DNA of 13,210 bases, from assembly GCA_013416795.1 (NCBI GenBank), contig RQSC01001105.1:45718-58927 (forward strand), written 5' to 3'. A program made the translations under genes and the position numbers. A model generated the notes under the pieces. It did no database searches and was not told where the DNA came from. It saw nothing but the letters and a program-made list of their open reading frames with translations. Source of the DNA: Prasinococcaceae sp. CCMP 1430 (taxonomy: Eukaryota > Plantae > Prasinodermophyta). This document shows, piece after piece, positions 1 to 4,843 of this stretch (positions are counted from its first letter, which is position 1; the number at the start of each line of letters is the position of its first letter).

Positions 1-104
1 TGCCCCCACCCCCCGCACCGCCCCCTCACGAGCGCGCGCTCGCTGTGGCGCCCCTCCCCGCGCGCGTCGCCGCTCGCGCGCGCCCTCGCGCCCGCGGGGA
101 GCAG

Positions 105-167
105 GCCGACGACCCGCAGCAGCGCGCCATCGACTTTTTTTCCCGTCAAAACGCGCGCGCGAGCCGG
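105..167 (+). CDS. Putative 63-nt internal exon (ADDPQQRAIDFFSRQNARASR); parent gene unknown
   Basis: Bounded by GCAG| (102-104 CAG) and |GTGCGT (168), matching the donor style of the better-supported introns in this window. Phase 0 at both ends, open frame, preceded by C-rich intron-like sequence. No homology recognised. Confidence 0.3.
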
Positions 168-334
168 GTGCGTTTTGACACGGCTGTGCGTGCCTGGCTG
201 GGATCGTTTGTGTTTGTGCGTGGGATCGAATCTTCCCCTGCCGCTGCCGCTTTTCAGGGTTCGCGCGCGCGGAGCGGCGGAGCGGCGCCGGGGCGCCCGC
301 GCGCCGCTCTCTTTCGTCGCGGCCGCCGCTGCGT

Positions 335-379
335 TGTGGTGTGGTCGTGTGGTGTGGTGTGGTGTGGTGTCGTGTGGTG
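335..379 (+). repeat. Imperfect (TGTGG)n pentanucleotide microsatellite
   Basis: Seen directly: tgtggtgtggtcgtgtggtgtggtgtggtgtggtgtcgtgtggtg. Confidence 0.9.
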
Positions 380-947
380 AAGTGCGGTGGGCATGCGCTT
401 GGGACGCGCAAGCACGCGCGCACGCGGGCGCAGACGCCCAGGCGTACGCACACGCGCTCGCACGGCCTGGGCGCGCTCGTCCGTCCTGCGCCGCGCGCGC
501 GCGCGCGCCGGTCGAACGGCTGCCCGTTCCTCGCGCGTTCGTCCTCGCGCGTTCGTCCACGCGCCGCGAATCTAACCGACTCGGCCCCGGGGGAACGCCG
601 GCGCGCGTTGTGCAAACAGCGGGTGCGGTTTGATGGGGCGCCAGAAGCTTCCGCGAAGGGGCCCTCTCCGCGCCGCACGCGGCGTGCGCGCGCTCGCCTC
701 TAACCAATTGTTCGCGGAAGGAAATTTCGGCTGCGCGCGGTGCGGCAAGCCGCCCAGGGGGAATGCGGGTGAATGTGGACGCGCCGACGACGCCGCGGAA
801 CGAAGCGCGGGCAAAAGCGGAAAACGAGCAAGCGCGCGCGCGCGCTGTGCGCGGGGGGTGGCGTGGGTGGGAGCGTGGGGGTGTGCGGCGCGCGCGGCCT
901 GGGCGCCACAACAGTCCACCGCAACAGTCCATGTTCGCGCCGACGCC

Positions 948-1805
948 ATGAGCGAGCCCGTGGTCGCGCCGATGGCGGCGCTCCGCTTCGCTGAGCACAA
1001 GGCCTTTCTGCGCCTCGTCCACTCGGCGGCGGGGGGCGGCGACGAGCTCTACCTTGGTCGCGCGCTGCCGGGCGCCATCGAGCGCTATCTTGAGTTCTCC
1101 CTGCCGCTGGTGGCCCGCGAGGGCGGCGGCGAGGGCGGCAAACGTCTCATCCCGCCCGTCGATGTCGCGTGGGTGTGGCACCTCCACCGTCTGGCGCCGC
1201 GCCGCTACGCCGCCTACTGCACCGAGCGCTTCGGGCGCGTGCTCGACCCCACGACGGCGGCGTTCCAGGCGCAGAGCGAAGCGGCGGAGGCCGACGCGGC
1301 GAGCGCCGAGGGCGAGACGCGGCGGCTGTGGCAGCACCACTTTGGCGACGTGGCCTTCTTCCAGCCGCGTGGCGAGGCTGACGGCCGCCCGGCCGAGTGG
1401 GGCCCGCGCGACCCGCTCTCCCACCAGACAACGGTCGCACCGGAAGTCAGGGAGGCGTGCGCACGGGTGCGCAGTGCGCACGGGTGGGACTACGAGGTGG
1501 AGACATGCTCCGCGCGGCAGCGCACCTTCCTCTGGCAAGTCTCTCGGCCCGGGTGCGCCGACGCCGCCGCCATGAGCACGCGCTACCTCCGCTTCCTCGG
1601 TCTAATGAGGGCGCATGGCTACTCGGAGCACTTCTTCGTGCCGTCGTACGACATCGACTTTGCGTGGCACACGCACATGCTCACGAGCACGAGTGACTAC
1701 CTGCGCGAGACGGAGCTGCTCGCGAACGCCCCCGGTGGCGTCGATCATGATGACTCCGTCAACCAGCGCCACGAGGACTCTAAGCTTCACCGGGGGTGGG
1801 CCGAC
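948..1805 (+). CDS. Glycine-rich domain-containing protein (GRDP1/2-like, DUF1399 family), N-terminal part, truncated at gap N1806
   Basis: Two DUF1399-type motifs, PPVDVAWVWHLHRLAP (1152-1199) and VPSYDIDFAWHTHML (1638-1682), then HDD (1746-1754). These match plant GRDP motifs PPLDxEWIWHCHRLNP, VPTYDIDLIWHTHQL and HDD. ATG 948 in gacgccATGa; the track's TTG start at 630 is not credible. An upstream exon spliced in at 915 cannot be excluded. Confidence 0.85.
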
Positions 1806-1806
1806 N

Positions 1807-2676
1807 GGCGGCGGCGGCTGCGGCGGCGGTGCCTGCGGCGGCGGCGGCGGCGCCCCCCCCATCAAGGATAGTGAGACGGTGCGAATCATTGGGTTGTCCA
1901 AGCTGAGAGATGTGCTGGCCAAGGCCAAGGGCACAGCGGATCCCAACGCAATGAATTGCACGCTCTCGTGCACACTCTACAGGACCGAATCCATCGGCTT
2001 CTATGGGGGCGTGAAGCAAGTCGCGTACATGCAGGAGGGTCTCGTCTCGATTGCGCTGTGGCAGCAGATCCAGACGCAAATCGGGCATCTCGAGTATTAC
2101 CTCGCGCAGATCGCCAACCTCGCAGAGCCGCCCGAATACTTCTGCTGCTTTGCCGATGAGGCAGACCTCAAGGCGTTTAGGGTGGTCACCAATCTGATCA
2201 AGGCAGCACGTGAAGCAGAGATGGCGCGCATCAACGTGCAGCTCGAAGCCCTCCCCACCCCCTCCTCCACGCACAACGTGTGCCTCCAATTCGGTGGCAA
2301 CAACGATGCCTACTACCTGGACCTCGTCATACGTTCCCCGGGCAACACGGCGGCTCGGGCGCTGGCGGAGGCGAAGGCCGCCGAGACGGCAGCCCAAGCG
2401 GCCCTCGCGCCGTACGCAGCCGTCCCCGCCAAGCCGGCCGCAGCGATGCCCGCCGCACGCGGCGGCGAGGTGAAGGTGACGGTGAAGGTGCCCCCGGGCG
2501 TCACCGCTGGCGAGACCGTTCAGATAGAGGTGGCCGGCGTCGGGCCGATGGCCGTGCAGGTCCCGCCCGGCCTCACTGAAGGTCAGGAGTTCCCGGTGCA
2601 GGTGCCACTGCCGGTGCAAGTGGCGGAGCAGTTGCCGGCCGAGCGGCCTGTCGCCATGCAGATGCAAAACAGATGA
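1807..2676 (+). CDS. C-terminal coding segment (GGGGCGGGACGGGGG, globular domain, Ala/Pro linker, VPPG module); probably the 3' part of the GRDP gene
   Basis: Open frame from the base after N1806 to TGA 2674-2676. It begins with the Gly/Cys tract typical of GRDP C-terminal regions and lies on the same strand as the upstream part. The frame differs across the N, consistent with missing sequence. Confidence 0.65.
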   Translation, partial: GGGGCGGGACGGGGGAPPIKDSETVRIIGLSKLRDVLAKAKGTADPNAMNCTLSCTLYRTESIGFYGGVKQVAYMQEGLVSIALWQQIQTQIGHLEYYLAQIANLAEPPEYFCCFADEADLKAFRVVTNLIKAAREAEMARINVQLEALPTPSSTHNVCLQFGGNNDAYYLDLVIRSPGNTAARALAEAKAAETAAQAALAPYAAVPAKPAAAMPAARGGEVKVTVKVPPGVTAGETVQIEVAGVGPMAVQVPPGLTEGQEFPVQVPLPVQVAEQLPAERPVAMQMQNR

Positions 2677-2992
2677 GCCTACAGTACGCCATGGCCTGGA
2701 AGGCACGACAACAGGCAGGCTGACTGACGGACTCGAATCGATCGAGGGGCCTCTCAGGACCACCATCATCATGACGTGATGAAATGACGAGGAGGGCATC
2801 TCAGACAGAGTGCAGACAGATGGATGTGAAGAGCGTCGCCGGACGTGTCCCCGTGAACCTCCCGGTGAACGCTAAATCCTAACTAAATCCTACCGAAGCC
2901 CGGTCGGTTGGCCGGGCGCGATCCGATCCGATCCCCTATTTTCCATTCATCGTTGTTTTCCAGCTTTCGTTCGTTGCGCACGTGCGCTTCCG

Positions 2993-3014
2993 ACACGTGC
3001 GCGCGCGCACGTGT
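2993..3014. repeat. Perfect 22-bp palindrome ACACGTGCGCGCGCGCACGTGT with two CACGTG boxes
   Basis: Equals its own reverse complement and is fully alternating purine/pyrimidine. A separate 12-bp palindrome, GCGCACGTGCGC, lies at 2976-2987. Confidence 0.9.
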
Positions 3015-3674
3015 GTGTGCCCGGCAGGCCTGCGTGTGGGCGGGGGCGCGCCCGGTTCTGGATCCATCGCACCCGCTCGATCCTCCGGGCCAGCGAGCCA
3101 GCCGGTTGGCCTGGCCGGCCCGTTGATCCATGTTGATGCACGCCCAGCGCGGGCGGGCGTTTTTTCGGTTGGTTCGGTTGGGGGCGCGGCCGTTTCCGTT
3201 GTACCGTTTCCGTTTTGCGTTTCGGCCTCCGGTTCCTCGCTCGGCCCCGCGCCCGATCCATTTCCGGTGCGCTTTTCGGGCGCCGCGCGCGCGCGCGGCG
3301 CCCCCGCGCGCCTGCGAACACATCCGTTGGGAGCGCGTTTCGTTCGGGAGGATGCGATTTGATGGCGGGGCGTTGCCTCCAACGTTTTTTTTTTTTTGCT
3401 CTGCCTGTGCATGCGCTTTTCGGTCCTCCGGCCGGTCGCGTGCGATCATCGCTCCCACCAACCAACCGGTGGGCACAGCACAACAGCCGCGTCCGTGCGA
3501 CAGCACACACAGACAGAGGTCAAACATAACACCTCTTCCAGCGTCGACCGAACGGAGGCGGCCGTGCCCGCCTTTGACGAGGCTTCGCCTTCGCCTTCGC
3601 GCGCGCGCCGCGGCGTCGCCCGGCCCCGGACGGCGAGCGCGCGCCGGCCGAAGGGCGTCCGGGCGAGCGACGCC

Positions 3675-3714
3675 AAAAGAAAAAAGAAAAAAGAAAAAGA
3701 AAAAGAAAAAGAAA
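3675..3714 (+). repeat. (GAAAAA)n-type A-rich tandem repeat
   Basis: Seen directly. Confidence 0.85.
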
Positions 3715-3780
3715 GCGGAAAAAGAATCGAAAGCGACAGCAGCACGATTGAAAGGATTTGTTGCATTGGCGATTCTGACT

Positions 3781-3817
3781 GGTACCTGGTACCTGGTACC
3801 TGGTACCTGGGGTACCT
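3781..3817 (+). repeat. (GGTACCT)x4 + GG + GGTACCT heptamer tandem array
   Basis: Seen directly; each unit contains the palindrome GGTACC. Confidence 0.9.
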
Positions 3818-4333
3818 ACGTGCAGTACGGGGAGCGTGCGCAGCCGGGTGCTCTTCTACAACCTTGATAGCCAAAATGCCCGACCCCGAGTAAAAAAAAA
3901 AAAAAAAAAAAAGGGCGTCGCGCGCGCGCTTCCGGCGGGCGGGGCATCTGCATCCGCGGCACCGCCCCGGCCCCGGTATCGATATGATGGGCGCTATCGG
4001 TCGGCGCGGCGCATCCCCCGGCCGCGGCGGATTTTCCGCGCCTTTTTTTTTTTTTTTGATGCCGACGGGAGGGGGGGGGGATGGGGGAGCCGCGTCGCGC
4101 GCGCGTCGCGCGGCCGCGAGAACGAGCGGGGAGCGCGTCGTGGAAAGCGCGAATTCGATGCGTGAATCGCATTTTTTTGATGTGAAGGAAACGCGCGGGG
4201 GAGGATTTCGAGATGGGCGCGCGAGCGGAGCGAGCGGAGCGCGCGGCGAAAGCGGCTGCCCCGCGCTCGGCAAAAAAAAAAAAAAAAGCGGGCGGGGGCG
4301 CGACACGCGCGGAGCGCGCGCGCCCCCCGCCCA

Positions 4334-4335
<2 letters not shown>

Positions 4336-4395
<60 letters not shown>

Positions 4396-4462
4396 ACGCA
4401 CACGCACACGCACACGCACACGCACACGCACGCGCGAACACACACACACACGCACACGCACG
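4336..4462 (+). repeat. Compound microsatellite (AC)25 followed by (GCACAC)n, immediately upstream of the 4473 splice acceptor
   Basis: Seen directly. Confidence 0.95.
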
Positions 4463-4473
4463 CGTGGGCGCAG

Positions 4474-4562
4474 GCACGGGCGCGAACGCCGACGTTGGGT
4501 TCGGCGCCGCCATCCCGGCGCGGCTGTACACGTACGAGCTACGGGCGGCGCTCGCCGAGCAG
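4474..4562 (+). CDS. 89-nt internal exon of the PP2C-like/kinase gene ([30 protein letters not shown])
   Basis: Acceptor GCGCAG| (4471-4473 CAG) and donor CAG|GTGCGA (4563). A non-repetitive coding-like island between microsatellites that joins in phase 0 to 4844 and continues the 4913 frame. ARLYTYEL loosely resembles the AAIYTKEHL helix of the plant PP2C subgroup matched downstream. Confidence 0.65.
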
Positions 4563-4591
4563 GTGCGAATGTCCGCGATCAGGAGGGTGCT

Positions 4592-4736
4592 TGTGCGTGT
4601 GGGTGTGCGTGTGTGCGTGTACGTGTGCGTGTGTGTGTGTGTGTGTGCGTGTGTGTGTGTGTGCGTGACTGTGTGTGTGTGCGTGTATGTGTGCGTGTGT
4701 GTGTGCGTGACTGTGTGTGCGTGTGTGTGTGTGTGT
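4592..4736 (+). repeat. Imperfect (TG)n/(TGTGCG)n microsatellite
   Basis: Seen directly. Confidence 0.95.
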
Positions 4737-4775
4737 TCGCGCTCGCACACGCCCGTGTGCTGATGCTCTGATGCA

Positions 4776-4835
4776 AACACGCTCACACACACGCACACGC
4801 ACACACACGCACACGCACACACACGCACACACACG
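4776..4835 (+). repeat. Imperfect (CA)n/(CGCACA)n microsatellite
   Basis: Seen directly. Confidence 0.9.
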
Positions 4836-4843
4836 CGCGGCAG

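Larger units (their letters stand above)
4563..4843 (+). other. 281-nt GT-AG intron with 5' (TG)n tract, central CTGAT branch-like motifs and 3' (CA)n tract
   Basis: GT at 4563-4564, CAG at 4841-4843, TG tract ~4592-4736, CTGAT at 4760-4764 and 4768-4772, CA tract ~4776-4835. Removal gives an in-frame join (AEQ|FLRAGD). Confidence 0.7.

Noticed and set aside
492-508. (CG)8 run and similar runs as special Z-DNA elements
   Set aside because: CG runs are ubiquitous in the non-coding DNA of this window and reflect background composition.
630-947. TTG-initiated N-terminal extension of the GRDP ORF
   Set aside because: Low-complexity Arg/Ala/Gly sequence with non-coding texture; family similarity starts just after ATG 948.
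2772-2780. TGACGTGAT (bZIP/aureochrome-like site) repeated at 9862-9870
   Set aside because: Two occurrences of a 9-mer, both downstream of stop codons; too weak without conservation data.
2775-2880. Box C-like GTGATGA suggesting a C/D snoRNA
   Set aside because: No CTGA box D or terminal stem within about 100 nt downstream.
2872-2892. CTAAATCCTA dimer as telomere-like repeat, and a similar TAGGAAATCG dimer at 10641-10660
   Set aside because: Only two units each, not a CCCTAA or CCCTAAA match, and they share just a 5-nt core; chance or slippage is sufficient.
3892-3912. A21 run as the poly(A) tail of a retrocopy or SINE
   Set aside because: No recognisable upstream retro-element, Pol III boxes or target-site duplication; similar A and T runs occur on both strands nearby.
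2883-4460. Numerous 100-290 aa ORFs on both strands
   Set aside because: Translations are dominated by homopolymers and microsatellites (poly-K, poly-F, HT and CV repeats); stops are rare at this GC content; no domain motifs.
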